From NCBI GenBank assembly GCA_004431415.1, contig QPMI01000527.1, positions 135,619-199,618 on the forward strand: a stretch of DNA of 64,000 nt. The letters run 5' to 3'. Origin of the DNA: Cyanophora paradoxa CCMP329. Lineage: Eukaryota > Plantae > Glaucophyta. A model generated the notes under the pieces. The model had not been told where the DNA came from. It worked only from the letters and a program-made list of their open reading frames with translations, and did no database searches. Below are positions 62,527 to 64,000 of the stretch, piece after piece; the stretch's first letter is position 1, and the number at the start of each line of letters is the position of its first letter. The position numbers and the translations under genes are program-made.

Positions 62527-64000
62527 GGGGCGGCCGCGCCGGCGAAGTCCTCGAGGTCCTCCCCGTTGAGTCGGAGCGGGCCATGAGCGGCCGCCGAGGC
62601 CCCTCCGGCACGAAGATCCCCACCCGCTTCGACGGGAACGAGAGGATCTGCGGGGCGCGCCGCGTCGGCGGCCGGCGGAGGGAGGGGGCGAGGAGAGGGG
62701 CGGGGGCGGGGGGAGGGAGGGGCGAGCGCGCTGCGGGCGGGGGGGGTGAGGCGCGGGGGGTACGTCGGGGCGGGGCGGCGGGGCACCGGTCGGGCACGGC
62801 ATGGTGGTGCGGGAGAGGACGGCGCGGTCCGTCCACTTCGAGGACCACACGCGCTTGACGCTGCAAGGGCGGCGGGCGCAGCCGTCAGGGCCGGGGCTCC
62901 GAGGGCGGGCGGGCGTCTCGCCTCGTCCAGAGGGCGTCGGAGGCGGAGGAGCGCTCCTCGGGGGCGACCCCGAGGCCCTCCACGATCTGGCCCCCCGCCT
63001 CGGCCTCGGGCGCGGGCCCGAGTGGCGGGGCCGGGGCGCACCCGCTCGACGGGCGCGGGCCTCCTTGGGCGCCTCCAGCCGCTCCACGATGTCCGCCCTG
63101 GGGCGCAGCCGCACGTCAGCCGAGCCGAGCGGGGCGGGGCGCGCGGGCGGGCGGACCGGAGCTCGGCAAGGGCTGCGGACATGGCGGCGCCGTCGCCGCG
63201 GGCGTGCGCCTCGCGCGCCTCCGCCGCCAGCGCCTCCACCGCGTCCGGCACGCCTTCTTCACCTTCGGCTTCGCCGGTGCCGCCGCCTCCGCCTGCGCGC
63301 CGCCTCCCCTCGGACCGCGCCGCGCCCGAGGCCGGGGGCGAGCGAGGGACCTTCGGGGGGCCGTACTCCGACTCGTCGATGGCCGCCACGACGCCCTGGA
63401 GCGACGCCTGCGCCCGAAAGGCATCAGGCGCCGGGCCGCGGCGGGGCGGGGCGGGCCGGGGCGGGGCGGACCTGCACGGCGGCGCGGACGCCGGCCTTGT
63501 CGGCCTCGCGCGCGCCTTGAGCAGCGCCTCGATCGTCCGGATGAGCGCCTCCGCCGGCGTGGCCGGGGCCTGCGCGCCCCCGTCAGCGCGCCGCGGGGGC
63601 GGGGGCGGCCGGGGCGGGGGCGGGGCGGCGCGCCTCGTCGGCCTTGGCGGCGCCACCCTTCTTGGCGGCGAGCTCGGCGCTCGAGGGCCCGAGGGCCTTC
63701 TCGAAGGAGCCGAAGGGGACGGCGAAGCCCTCGGGGAGCTTGATGCCCGCCCTGCCGCCGCCCCGCGTCAGCGGCGTCGGCACCGGCCGGGGCGGCCGGA
63801 GCGCACGAGTCGGCGCCGCCGATGCCGGCGAGGGCGTCGCCGAGCTTCTTCAGGTGGAGCGACTTGCCGCCCACGAGCCCCTCGAAGTCCTTGGCGGCCA
63901 GGAAGTAGCCGGGCCACGCCTTGGGCCCGGGATCGCGAAGCCGCCGGCCGGGGATGCCTTGCCGGCGCCGTGGCGGGGGCCGGCGCGTGGTGCCCCTCCT
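62073..64000 (-). CDS. GWD: Alpha-glucan water dikinase (GWD/R1), C-terminal nucleotide-binding domain; partial and frameshifted as assembled
   Basis: LVGGKS..L; LPEGFAVPFGSFEKAL; KRVWSSKWTDRAVLS; SFPSKRVGIF..RSDS-NGEDLEDFAGAGLYDSV; LAVERAMGGSPQ; ITVVQTRP(Q). All are diagnostic GWD motifs. Confidence 0.85.

Overview
Eukaryotic, very GC-rich, intron-dense genomic DNA with short GT..AG introns. A starch glucan-water-dikinase gene at the right end points to a starch-making alga; the style is compatible with a glaucophyte, but that is only an impression. Most of the window (1-51.3 kb) is a tandem segmental duplication containing four ankyrin-repeat TRP-type channel paralogs: a 3' end at 65-1108, an ANK-only copy at 15.7-18.8 kb joined in phase to a TPR gene, an apparently complete copy at 32.4-37.9 kb, and a truncated copy at 46.2-51.3 kb. 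The paralogs are separated by a repeated cassette of gene relics: an H3/CENH3-like histone, an F-box-like gene and the 3' end of a STAND-cyclase-like TPR gene. Two L1/Tx1-like LINE families (one 7-kb copy with TSD, one 4.9-kb copy, several 3' fragments), a hAT-type MITE (8-bp TSD) and a CAC-ended MITE (3-bp TSD) are inserted. The right end holds an IPT/PKD-domain multipass membrane gene, a tRNA-Val(TAC) with a partial duplicate, and the 3' part of GWD. The strongest unexplained signal is that paralog comparisons repeatedly show an exact +6-bp change XYZ -> XYZ-revcomp(XYZ)-XYZ. I found at least 11 cases, inside and outside exons. This fits precise hairpin-excision footprints of a 3-bp-TSD transposon, and a candidate element sits inside such a footprint. 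Several single-base frameshifts in GC-rich genes may be assembly errors.
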